The translations under genes were made by a program, and so were the position numbers. From assembly GCA_964628855.1 (NCBI GenBank), contig CAZVMV010000005.1, positions 3,228-67,227 on the forward strand: DNA of 64,000 nt, in the 5' to 3' direction. Of the stretch, positions 8,787 to 17,680 are shown piece by piece. Source of the DNA: an uncultured Gammaproteobacteria bacterium. GTDB lineage: Bacteria > Patescibacteriota > Patescibacteriia > UBA10025 > JAHIVO01. Numbering within the stretch: position 1 is the stretch's first letter; each line of letters starts with the position of its first letter. Under the pieces are notes generated by a model. It worked only from the letters and a program-made list of their open reading frames with translations, was not told the origin of the DNA and did no database searches.

Positions 8787-9406
8787 TCCCGACAATTTTA
8801 ACGGATGATATTAATGATTTGAACCGCAAGCTTCAGGACCTGGCCGGTTTAGTGGAGTGGGTTCAGATTGATATCATGGATGGGGTGTTTGTGGAAACGA
8901 CATCAATTAAACCAGAGGAGCTTGAAAGAATAAAAACCGATCTGCGTCTTGAAGTCCACCTGATGGTCCAGGATCCCAGGGTTTGGATGCCGTATTTACC
9001 GAAACAGAAATTCGAGAGGATTATCATCCATTATGAGGCCATGCCCGACCCAGAAGGTTTTATCGAGGAACTGAAAGAGGCTGGGTACCAGGTTGGGTTG
9101 GCATTGAATCCGGAAACACCGCTTGAAGCGATTGAGCCGTTCATCGACCTGGTTGATTTGGTATTATTCCTGGCTGTTAAACCAGGCAAACAAGGCCAAC
9201 CATACCATCCGGATGTGGCTGTCAAAGCAGAAGCAATGAGGGACATGGACACGCGGACATTGATTGGGGTTGATGGCGGAATAAACGTCGGAACTATCGG
9301 TCCACTGGTCAGTGCCGGCGTTGATTGGTTTTGCGTCGGATCGGCACTTTTTAGAGAAGGGGATTTAGCGGAAAATATATCAAAATTACAAGAACAACTA
9401 ATATAA
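8774..9406 (+). CDS. rpe: Ribulose-phosphate 3-epimerase
   Basis: Motifs IVPTILT...VQIDIMDGVFV...EVHLMV...GVDGGIN are present. It overlaps rpiB by 13 nt. Confidence 0.8.
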   Translation: MATIVPTILTDDINDLNRKLQDLAGLVEWVQIDIMDGVFVETTSIKPEELERIKTDLRLEVHLMVQDPRVWMPYLPKQKFERIIIHYEAMPDPEGFIEELKEAGYQVGLALNPETPLEAIEPFIDLVDLVLFLAVKPGKQGQPYHPDVAVKAEAMRDMDTRTLIGVDGGINVGTIGPLVSAGVDWFCVGSALFREGDLAENISKLQEQLI

Positions 9407-9413
9407 AAATAGT

Positions 9414-10061
9414 ATGAAAATTTTCATCGACACGGCCATCATCAAGGAAATCGAATGGGCCATGGAGCGTGGGATTATCGACGGTGTCACGACAAACCCG
9501 ACGCTTCTTGCAAAAGCTGACCGCAAACTCGGCGAGGTGGTGCACGACATCCTTACGCTAGTGAAAGACCGGCCGGTCAGTATTGAAGCAGTTTCGCAGA
9601 CTGCCGATGAATTGGTAAATGAAGCCAGAGCGATAGCCAAATTGTCTAAGAATATAATCGTGAAAATACCGATGACTGATGAGGGATTACAGGCGGTGAC
9701 CAGGCTGGAGGAGAAGGGAATTCATACTGATGTGACGCTGGTCTTCACTCCAGCACAGGCCTTATTGGCAGCAAAGGCAGGTGCTACGATGGTTAGCCTA
9801 TTTGTTGGCAGGCTGGACGATGCCGGTAAAAAAGGTATGGAGCTGGTCAGGCAGACGGTACAGATGTACAAGAATTACAATATCCAGACAAATGTGATGG
9901 TTGCTTCTGTCAGGAGTGTGCAGCATGTCGAAGAATCGGCGCAGGCCGGCGCAGACATCGTGACAGTGCCGCCAAAAGTTCTCGTACAGATGTACCGCCA
10001 CGAGTTAACAGACAAAGGCATGAAGAAGTTTTTCCAGGATTGGGAGGATATACCAAAATAA
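9414..10061 (+). CDS. tal: Transaldolase / fructose-6-phosphate aldolase family (short type)
   Basis: Motifs MKIFIDTA...GVTTNPTLL...VKIPMTDEGL are typical of the 215-aa Tal/Fsa class. Confidence 0.85.
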   Translation: MKIFIDTAIIKEIEWAMERGIIDGVTTNPTLLAKADRKLGEVVHDILTLVKDRPVSIEAVSQTADELVNEARAIAKLSKNIIVKIPMTDEGLQAVTRLEEKGIHTDVTLVFTPAQALLAAKAGATMVSLFVGRLDDAGKKGMELVRQTVQMYKNYNIQTNVMVASVRSVQHVEESAQAGADIVTVPPKVLVQMYRHELTDKGMKKFFQDWEDIPK

Positions 10062-10079
10062 TAAAATGACATGTAAAAA

Positions 10080-11900
10080 ATGGAATTGAAGCCAGTTCTA
10101 ACTTTAATCCGCTACTGGATCCTGAAATCCACCACCCAAGCCGGGTCAGGCCATCCGTCGTCCTCGCTGTCAGCCGTAGAGCTGATGGCCGGTTTGATGT
10201 TTGGCGGCACATTCCGGTTCGATATAAAGAATCCCGGTAATCCGAATAACGACCGGCTGATTTTTTCCAAAGGCCACGCTTCGCCGTTATTTTACGCTTT
10301 GTGGGCAGCGGCTGGCGCCGTAACTGAACAGGAATTGATGACACTCCGACAATTTAATAGCCGTTTGGAGGGGCATCCGACCATGGCCTTCCCATTTACC
10401 GAGGCGGCCACTGGATCGCTTGGACAGGGGCTTTCTGTGGGCCTAGGGATGGCCCTAAACGCCAAATACCTGGATAAATTGCCATACAAGACCTATGTTC
10501 TCCTTGGTGACAGTGAAATGGCTGAGGGGCAGGTATGGGAAGCAATACAATTGGCCAGCTATTACAAACTGGATAACCTTATCGCCATATTAGACGTGAA
10601 CAGGCTGGGACAGCGCGGCGAAACGATGTTTGGACTTAAGGTACTGGAATATGAAAAAAGGGTAAAAGCCTTCGGCTGGCAGACGATTGTAATCGACGGA
10701 CACTCCTTGCCGAAAGTGCTGGCCGCATTTAAGAAAGCCGCATCAGCAAAAGGCAAACCGGTGATGATTATTGCTAAGACGTTGAAAGGAAAAGGCGTGA
10801 AGTTCATGGAGAATAAAGACGGTTGGCACGGCAAAGCCTTAAAGCCGGAAGAATTGATTATCGTATTAAAAGGCTTAGGTAAAGTTGATACGACAATTCG
10901 AGGTATTATCGAACCGCCGAAAGATGTTAAGGCGACTGCGCTGCCAGTAGGAAAAGCAGAACCCATGCCCCTGGACAAACCCATTGCTACTCGCAAGGCT
11001 TTTGGCTATGCACTGACGAGTTTAGCTAACCAGTTACCGATCGTTTCACTGGATGCGGAAACGTCAAATTCGACCTACGCTGATATTTTCCAAAAAGCTT
11101 ATCCTAAGCGTTTTTTCGAGATGTATATCGCCGAACAGAACATGGTCAGTGCGGCCGTTGGGTTGGCGAGACGGGGGAAGATCCCGTTTGTCTCCACCTT
11201 TGCCGCGTTTTTGACGCGGACGTTTGACCAGCTGCGCATGGCCAGTTATTCGGAAGCGAACATTAAGATGGTCGGTTCGCATTCTGGCGTATCCATCGGC
11301 CAGGACGGTGTGTCACAAATGGGGTTAGAAGATATCGCTATGTTCCGCGCACTGATCAACAGTACGGTCCTGTATCCCTGCGATGCGGTGTCGTGCGATA
11401 AGCTGGTTGAACAGGCGGCAAAGCACAAAGGTTTGGTGTATATTCGTACTACACGTGCAGAGACGCCGATTATTTACAAACAGGACGAGCAGTTTCCAAT
11501 CGGTGGAAGTAAGGTGTTGCGTCGAAGCAATAATGACGTGGCCACCGTCGTTACGGCTGGCATTACGATTTTCGAAGCATTGAAAGCGCACGATGAGCTG
11601 AAAAAGCAGGGGATAAATATACGCGTCATTGACCTGTACGGCATCAAGCCGGTGGACGTGAAAACTCTTGAACAGGCAGCCAAAGAGACTAAGGCGATAA
11701 TTACTGTTGAGGACCATTATCCGCAGGGAGGACTAGGAGAGGCTGTGTTAAGCGCTCTTCGCCATGCCAAGGCGCATTTGGTAAAACTGGCGGTTACCAA
11801 AATGCCGAGAAGCGGGAAGCCGGAGGAATTGCTGGAGTATGAAGGAATTTCAAAAAATGGTATCATTAAAGCAGTAACTCAAATTTTAAAACAAATATGA
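10080..11900 (+). CDS. tkt: Transketolase (fused N- and C-terminal modules)
   Basis: Motifs GSGHPSSSLSAVELM, GSLGQGLSVGLGMA, GDSEMAEGQVWEA and the C-terminal pyrimidine-binding/transketolase_C part are present. Confidence 0.9.
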   Translation: MELKPVLTLIRYWILKSTTQAGSGHPSSSLSAVELMAGLMFGGTFRFDIKNPGNPNNDRLIFSKGHASPLFYALWAAAGAVTEQELMTLRQFNSRLEGHPTMAFPFTEAATGSLGQGLSVGLGMALNAKYLDKLPYKTYVLLGDSEMAEGQVWEAIQLASYYKLDNLIAILDVNRLGQRGETMFGLKVLEYEKRVKAFGWQTIVIDGHSLPKVLAAFKKAASAKGKPVMIIAKTLKGKGVKFMENKDGWHGKALKPEELIIVLKGLGKVDTTIRGIIEPPKDVKATALPVGKAEPMPLDKPIATRKAFGYALTSLANQLPIVSLDAETSNSTYADIFQKAYPKRFFEMYIAEQNMVSAAVGLARRGKIPFVSTFAAFLTRTFDQLRMASYSEANIKMVGSHSGVSIGQDGVSQMGLEDIAMFRALINSTVLYPCDAVSCDKLVEQAAKHKGLVYIRTTRAETPIIYKQDEQFPIGGSKVLRRSNNDVATVVTAGITIFEALKAHDELKKQGINIRVIDLYGIKPVDVKTLEQAAKETKAIITVEDHYPQGGLGEAVLSALRHAKAHLVKLAVTKMPRSGKPEELLEYEGISKNGIIKAVTQILKQI

Positions 11901-12883
11901 AATTTGACGTCATTACAATCGGTTCGGCATTCAAGGATGTTTACCTATTCAGCAAGAAATTCAAAGTACTGAAGAACGCGAAAATGGTCACGGGCGAGAT
12001 GGAGTGCTTTGCTTTCGGCACGAAGATCGAGTTGGATGACATACATTTCGAGATCGGTGGCGGGGCCGTAAATACATCGGCCACATTCAAGAAGCAGGGT
12101 TTTAAGGTCGGCTGTCTGGCCAGGATCGGCATGGACAGTGCCGGAGAAGATGTGAAGCGGTATTTAAAAAAACAGGGCATCACCGACCTGCTGGTAGTGG
12201 ATAAAAAAAACCGCACAGCGCAGTCAGTTGTCTTCCTGGCGCCAAACGGTGAGAGGACAATCTTGGTGTACCGCGGAGCAGCGCACGATTTCGGGATTTC
12301 AGACATCAGCCCAAGAATAACAAATACCAAATGGCTGTATGTGACTTCGCTTGCCGGCAAAATTGATGTTTTGAATAAAATATTAAGAATGGCCAAAGTA
12401 AAAGGAGTTAAGGTAGCCCTGAACCCTGGCAAACTTGATATTGAAAAAGGGTTGCGTATGCACCAGGATCTTCTTCGGCAAGTGGACGTCTTAATATTGA
12501 ATAATGAGGAAGCGTCAATTCTAACGGGCCGTCCTGCACATGATGATATTGGATTAGCCAAAGAAATCCGCAAGTTTTGCCATGGCATTGTGATAATTAC
12601 CAAAGGTGCTGTCGGATCATTAATCACTTTGAAAAACGCATTATATCGTGTTATAATCAAACCGGTAAAAGCTGTTGATACGACCGGTGCGGGGGATGCT
12701 TTCGGCTCCGGATTTGTGGCGGGATTTATGAGATATAATGGGGATATTGAAAAGACAATTAGATTGGCCAATAATAATGCCGCTGGCGAAGTGTCACAGT
12801 TAGGGGCAAAGAATGGTTTGATCGGCTTGGGTGGCCCGTGGAAAAGGGTTAAGTATACAATTGTAAAAAACAACTTATCATAA
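11897..12883 (+). CDS. PfkB-family carbohydrate kinase (ribokinase-like)
   Basis: The C-terminal signature is DTTGAGDAFGSGFVAG. It overlaps tkt by 4 nt. Confidence 0.8.
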   Translation: MKFDVITIGSAFKDVYLFSKKFKVLKNAKMVTGEMECFAFGTKIELDDIHFEIGGGAVNTSATFKKQGFKVGCLARIGMDSAGEDVKRYLKKQGITDLLVVDKKNRTAQSVVFLAPNGERTILVYRGAAHDFGISDISPRITNTKWLYVTSLAGKIDVLNKILRMAKVKGVKVALNPGKLDIEKGLRMHQDLLRQVDVLILNNEEASILTGRPAHDDIGLAKEIRKFCHGIVIITKGAVGSLITLKNALYRVIIKPVKAVDTTGAGDAFGSGFVAGFMRYNGDIEKTIRLANNNAAGEVSQLGAKNGLIGLGGPWKRVKYTIVKNNLS

Positions 12884-12900
12884 TTAAATAAATTAAGCTT

Positions 12901-13320
12901 ATGACCAAGAACACAACAATTATCGTCGTTATCGTCCTAGTTGTTGTTGTGGCCGGCCTTTTGGGTTGGTATTTCTTACGAGAAAAGCCGATTAACGAAA
13001 ACCTGACCCAGACTTTGAATAGTAGCAATTCCGTAACGGTAGTTCGCCCTCCGGCTAAAACAGTCTGGATCATGGATGGAAGTTTTAACCCGTCAGTTGT
13101 TACGATTGCAGTAGGCGAAACAGTGACCTGGATTAATAAGGACACTATCAAGCGTAAAGTGGCCGCTGATCCGCATCCGTCAGGGAGTTCATTGCCCGCA
13201 CTCCTTTCCGAAGAGCTCGGCCAAAATGAGTCGTATACTTTTACTTTTTCTACCGCAGGAACCTGGGGATACCATGATTACTTGAACCCTATAAAAAGCG
13301 GTCAAATTATTGTAAGGTAA
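12901..13320 (+). CDS. Membrane-anchored cupredoxin-fold protein lacking the copper ligands
   Basis: It has an N-terminal TM helix. The segment SFNPSVVTIAVGETVTWINKD...GTWGYHDYLNPIKSGQIIVR is collinear with the paralog at 37575..38000, with C/H/M replaced by D/N/K. Confidence 0.55.
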   Translation: MTKNTTIIVVIVLVVVVAGLLGWYFLREKPINENLTQTLNSSNSVTVVRPPAKTVWIMDGSFNPSVVTIAVGETVTWINKDTIKRKVAADPHPSGSSLPALLSEELGQNESYTFTFSTAGTWGYHDYLNPIKSGQIIVR

Positions 13321-13350
13321 CTATATACATTTATTGAAAAAGGCGGATGG

Positions 13351-14883
13351 GTGATCCGTCTTTTTCATAGACTTCGACCTATGTTAAAGAGATTTCTGAG
13401 CCGTTTTTCTGATTATACTCTGTATCGTATCCTGGAGATCCTGCCTGGAGCCTCAGTCTGGACGACCTTGGCATTGGCTGTCATTTTATCATTTGTCAGG
13501 CCTATCTGGGCGATATTCTTCATAATAATTTTTGATTTTTATTGGCTGTTCCGGATCGTGTACATGCTTTTCTACATGATCCATTCATTTCGCCGCTACC
13601 GCCAAACCATTCGCACAGATTGGCGCCAAAAGCTGGAATCAAAACCTGGCTGGCATGAATACTATCACGCCGTTTTCTACCCTACCTACAAGGAACCAAT
13701 CGAGGTTTTGCGGGGGAGCATAACTGCACTGGTAAAAAGTAATTTTCCGATGGACCGGATTATCGTAATTTTAGCCGGTGAGGAAAAGGATGGGGAAAAT
13801 TTTTCAAAAATCGCTAACTGTCTGGAAGAAGAATTTAAAGGAGCCTTTTTTAAATTCCTCGTCACCACCCATCCGCACGGGATCGAAGGAGAGATGCCCG
13901 GCAAGGGCTCCAATATCGCGTGGGCTGGCCACCGCGTTAAAGAATTTATAGATGGACTAGCCATTCCATATGAAAAGGTAATCGTCTCGGCTTTTGACGC
14001 TGATACATGCGTCCATCCCCAGTATTTTTCTTATCTGACTTTTACTTATTTATCCCATCCAAACCCAACACATGCCAGTTACCAGCCATTGGCCGTGTTC
14101 AACAACAATGTTTGGGAATCGCCGGCTTTGACGCGCGTGATCTCCTACAGTACGACGTTTTGGCTCATGACCGAGCAGGCAAGACCGGAACGGCTGTTTA
14201 CTTTTTCTTCACACAGCATGAGTTTCAAGGCGCTGGTCGATGTCGGTTTCTGGCAGGCGGATATCGTCACGGAAGATTCACGTATCTGTTTGCAATGCAT
14301 CATGGAGTATGACGGTGATTATGAAGTTGTGCCGCTGCACCTGCCGGTTTCGATGGATGTTGTGGTAGGGCATACATTTTGGGAGTCTTTAAAAAGCCAA
14401 TATGTCCAGCAGCGGCGCTGGGCTTATGGCGTGGAAAATTTCCCATATATGGTTTGGAATTTCGGCCGTAATAAAGCCATGCCTTTTGTACAGAAATTTC
14501 GCTATATGTTTAACCAGGCTGAAGGGGTGTATTCATGGGCAACCGCGCCAATCCTGATTTTTATCCTTGGACACCTGCCGATCTGGTTGGCAAATTATCA
14601 GGGATCTACATCTGTAGTAACCCAAAATGCCCCGCATATCCTGAATTGGTTGATGAATGCGGCGATGATCGGCTTGCTTGCCCAGGCCATCCTTTCGACC
14701 CAATTGCTTCCACCGAGACCGGCGCATTATCCTAAATGGAAGCTCGTAGTCATGGTCCTGCAGTGGGTTTTGATTCCGTTTACATTAATTTTGTTCGGCT
14801 CTGTACCGGCTACTGACGCTCAGACCCGCCTGATGCTCGGCAAGTATCTCGGTTTCCAGGTAACAAAAAAAGTCCGGAAATAA
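13351..14883 (+). CDS. Integral-membrane family-2 glycosyltransferase (processive type)
   Basis: FDADT and the Q-x-x-R-W motif (YVQQRRWAYG) are flanked by multiple TM helices. The start is GTG at 13351 or ATG at 13381. Confidence 0.75.
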   Translation: MIRLFHRLRPMLKRFLSRFSDYTLYRILEILPGASVWTTLALAVILSFVRPIWAIFFIIIFDFYWLFRIVYMLFYMIHSFRRYRQTIRTDWRQKLESKPGWHEYYHAVFYPTYKEPIEVLRGSITALVKSNFPMDRIIVILAGEEKDGENFSKIANCLEEEFKGAFFKFLVTTHPHGIEGEMPGKGSNIAWAGHRVKEFIDGLAIPYEKVIVSAFDADTCVHPQYFSYLTFTYLSHPNPTHASYQPLAVFNNNVWESPALTRVISYSTTFWLMTEQARPERLFTFSSHSMSFKALVDVGFWQADIVTEDSRICLQCIMEYDGDYEVVPLHLPVSMDVVVGHTFWESLKSQYVQQRRWAYGVENFPYMVWNFGRNKAMPFVQKFRYMFNQAEGVYSWATAPILIFILGHLPIWLANYQGSTSVVTQNAPHILNWLMNAAMIGLLAQAILSTQLLPPRPAHYPKWKLVVMVLQWVLIPFTLILFGSVPATDAQTRLMLGKYLGFQVTKKVRK

Positions 14884-14900
14884 GAAAACGTTATAAGACG

Positions 14901-15527
14901 TTATTTATTCAAAAGAAGTGAATAAAGGTCAAATGTCCTGATCGGTTTTTTTTCGTACACCGTTTCTACATTTTTCATGAATTCTCCGTGCCTGATGTTA
15001 GGTAACGCAATGTTTATAGCGTTTTGCATCTGAACTTTGCCAAAACCGTAAAAAAGCGTTCTATTTGCAAAAGTTATGTAATTGTCTTGTGGCGAAAAAA
15101 TATTTATCAGCTGGATATGTTTGGGCAATAAAATTATCGGAGGTTGGTGCGGCGTTGCCACGTACATTATTTTCCTAATTTTTTGGTTGTTTACTAAGCT
15201 TGGGATGGCTAAGTTGGCCACGTTTCCACCAAGGCTTTTGCCGAACAGGTAAATAGGTATGTCATCCGGCAAATCATTGATCATTTTGGCGAGTCGCTTG
15301 GCGGCCAATAGCATAGATGTGCCGGAAATCCCGCCGGACCAGTCGAAAATTGACACATCAAAGTTCGTGTGCTGTTCCAAGTAATTCTTGAATGGGATAA
15401 CCCAGGCTCGTCCCTGTTCGCCAGTTTCAATCCCGAAATATTTGTAATAAGACTTTTCCAAAAATTTATCCAGCCATTTAGGATGTTTAGTTTTCGCACC
15501 GGCAATGATGATAACGATTGGTTTCAT
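14901..15527 (-). CDS. Alpha/beta-hydrolase-like protein (GxSxG = GKSLG)
   Basis: The ATG at 15527 (MKPIVIIIAGAK) lies 1 nt after the fmt stop. A nucleophile-elbow motif LFGKSLGGNVA is present. Confidence 0.55.
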   Translation of the reverse strand: MKPIVIIIAGAKTKHPKWLDKFLEKSYYKYFGIETGEQGRAWVIPFKNYLEQHTNFDVSIFDWSGGISGTSMLLAAKRLAKMINDLPDDIPIYLFGKSLGGNVANLAIPSLVNNQKIRKIMYVATPHQPPIILLPKHIQLINIFSPQDNYITFANRTLFYGFGKVQMQNAINIALPNIRHGEFMKNVETVYEKKPIRTFDLYSLLLNK

Positions 15528-15528
15528 G

Positions 15529-16494
15529 TCAGGACAGTTTTGTATGCTTAATTTCGGCACATCCCAGGATAAACTCACTTGCTTGTAACGGACGTTTGCC
15601 CTCTTGCTGCAATTTGTTCAAAGACAAACAGCCTTGCCCGCAACCGACAAGTAAAGTTTTATTAGCATAAAGTGTTTGTCCTGGTAGGAGCTGGTGTTCA
15701 TGCTCGACAAGGCTGGCAGAGATTATTTTCAGCCGTGTTCCGGTCCCGTTTGTTTTTTGGGATGTCCAGAAACAGTAAGCGCCAGGCCATGGGGTAAAAG
15801 CACGAATCTGACGGTCAATTTCGTCGGCCGATTTATTCCAGTCAATTCTACCGTCCTCCTTGGTGATAATTTTAGTGAGAGTTGCCAGGGCGTCATTCTG
15901 TATTTTTGGCTGTAGTTGGCCGGTCAAATATGGGAGTAGCGAATTTTTTACAATAACAGATCCTAATCTGGCAAGTCTGTCATGCAAGGTCTTGAAGTTT
16001 TCAAGTGAATCGATTCTTATTTTTGTCTGTTCAATGATTGGACCGGTATCCAGGCCAGCATCGATTTTCATGAGGGTGACGCCAGTATCCTCTTCGCCGT
16101 TCAAGATGGCCGCCTGGATTGGTGAAGCGCCCCGGTGTTTTGGCAGAAGTGAGGCATGGACATTTAACCAGCTATGTGTCGGAATTCCCAAAAAATTGGC
16201 CGGTATAATTTTCCCATAAGCCACGACGATGCACAGTTCAGGATTAGCCGATCTAAATTGGTCCAGGAATTCTTTATTTTTTAATGATTCCGGTTGCCAA
16301 ACAGCCAGGTTGTGCTTAGTCGCCCATGCTTTGACAGGAGGGGAAACCGGTTCCTTTGACCGGCCAACGGGCTTGTCAGGCTGAGTAACTACAGCTTTCA
16401 GTTCGATGAATGGTAAAGAAACCAGGGTTTGCAGTACCGGCAATGCGAAATCCGGGGTACCGAAGAAAATAGTTTTATAAGTTTTTTGGTTCAT
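15529..16494 (-). CDS. fmt: Methionyl-tRNA formyltransferase
   Basis: Motifs IFFGTPDFALPVLQTL and HASLLPKHRGASPIQAAILNGEEDTGVTLMKIDAGLDTGPII are present. The start at 16494 overlaps def by 20 nt. Confidence 0.9.
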   Translation of the reverse strand: MNQKTYKTIFFGTPDFALPVLQTLVSLPFIELKAVVTQPDKPVGRSKEPVSPPVKAWATKHNLAVWQPESLKNKEFLDQFRSANPELCIVVAYGKIIPANFLGIPTHSWLNVHASLLPKHRGASPIQAAILNGEEDTGVTLMKIDAGLDTGPIIEQTKIRIDSLENFKTLHDRLARLGSVIVKNSLLPYLTGQLQPKIQNDALATLTKIITKEDGRIDWNKSADEIDRQIRAFTPWPGAYCFWTSQKTNGTGTRLKIISASLVEHEHQLLPGQTLYANKTLLVGCGQGCLSLNKLQQEGKRPLQASEFILGCAEIKHTKLS

Positions 16495-16954
16495 GTGGTA
16501 GCGACCCTTTCGTGATTTTTTTTGAACGGTCGATAAAAAGGATGCCATCCAGATGGTCAACTTCATGTTGGGCGACGCGGGCGAACATGCCCGACGCTTT
16601 CAGGCTGATCGGATTGCCCTTCCTGTCCAGCGCATTGATTACCAGTGAGCGGTGCCGTCTGACGATGCCATATACACCCGGGACGGAAAGGCAGCCTTCC
16701 TCACCATCTTCTTTACGGAAAGATTTTCGTGTAAGAACCGGATTGATCAACGGAAGGGGGCCATCTTTTGTGCTGATAATTATGATACGTTTCAGGACAT
16801 CGACTTGGTTGGCCGCCAGGCCGATCCCGTCCTTTTTTTGCATAGTCTCAGCCATTTCATTGATAAATTTTTGCATGCCCCCGATCTCGTCCAGGGTTAT
16901 TTCCTCTGCACGTTTTTTGAGATGAGGATGAGGATGCGTGATTACTTTAAGCAT
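16475..16954 (-). CDS. def: Peptide deformylase
   Basis: All three motifs are present: GLAANQV, EGCLSVPG and QHEVDHLDG. Confidence 0.9.
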   Translation of the reverse strand: MLKVITHPHPHLKKRAEEITLDEIGGMQKFINEMAETMQKKDGIGLAANQVDVLKRIIIISTKDGPLPLINPVLTRKSFRKEDGEEGCLSVPGVYGIVRRHRSLVINALDRKGNPISLKASGMFARVAQHEVDHLDGILFIDRSKKITKGSLPHEPKNL

Positions 16955-17047
16955 ATATAATTGCAATTTTCGTTAATATAAAATAAAATATACCTATCGA
17001 AGGTGACTCCAATATAGCCGATATTGGCATAATTAGCAATATCAAAT

Positions 17048-17680
17048 ATGTCGATGTATAAACAAAAAAATCAAATTTTCTTCATCCACGGAGGTGATAC
17101 ATTTCCGACACATAAGTCATATGTGCGAATGCTAAAAACCAGGTCAATCGACATCAATAAGAAAATCGGATGGAATGGCCCGTATTTGGACAGGATGCTG
17201 GGCAAGAAATTCCATATCATCAGACCACGGATGCCTTTGCAGGATAACGCAAAATACAACGAATGGAAAATCCATTTTGAAAGGTATATCCCTAAGCTGA
17301 AAAACGGAGTTATTCTTATCGGTCAGTCGCTCGGTGGCGCTTTTTTGGCCAAGTATTTGTCAGAAAATAAGTTTCTGAAAAAAATTCTGGCCACGTATCT
17401 TGTTTGCCCGCCGTTTGATGATACGTTACCACATGAACGTCTTGTCGGCGGTTTTGGACTGAAATCCGACTTGTTGATGCTGCAGAAAAACTCGCCACGA
17501 TTGAATCTGTTATTTTCCAGGAATGATGATGTAGTGCCGCTTTCACAAGCAAAGAAATTCGCCAAAGCGTTGCCATGGGCGAAAACGGTTATTTATCCAC
17601 ACATACCGGGCCATTTTCGTATCACAAAATTTCCAGAAATCGTGAGGATGATCATGAAGGACGCGAAAACGCTAAAGTAA
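17048..17680 (+). CDS. Serine hydrolase of the YdeN/RBBP9-like alpha/beta family
   Basis: Motifs IFFIHGGDTF and GQSLGGAFLAKYL are present, with a C-terminal HIPGHF. Confidence 0.6.
   Translation: MSMYKQKNQIFFIHGGDTFPTHKSYVRMLKTRSIDINKKIGWNGPYLDRMLGKKFHIIRPRMPLQDNAKYNEWKIHFERYIPKLKNGVILIGQSLGGAFLAKYLSENKFLKKILATYLVCPPFDDTLPHERLVGGFGLKSDLLMLQKNSPRLNLLFSRNDDVVPLSQAKKFAKALPWAKTVIYPHIPGHFRITKFPEIVRMIMKDAKTLK

Noticed and set aside
11941-12873. A 310-aa ORF on the minus strand, fully antisense to the PfkB kinase gene.
   Set aside because: The plus-strand frame carries a clear PfkB signature (DTTGAGDAFG). The antisense translation is low-complexity with no motif, RBS or promoter, so it is a typical shadow ORF. 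The same reasoning applies to 364..1023 (antisense to ftsE), 2193..2810 and 42234..42812.
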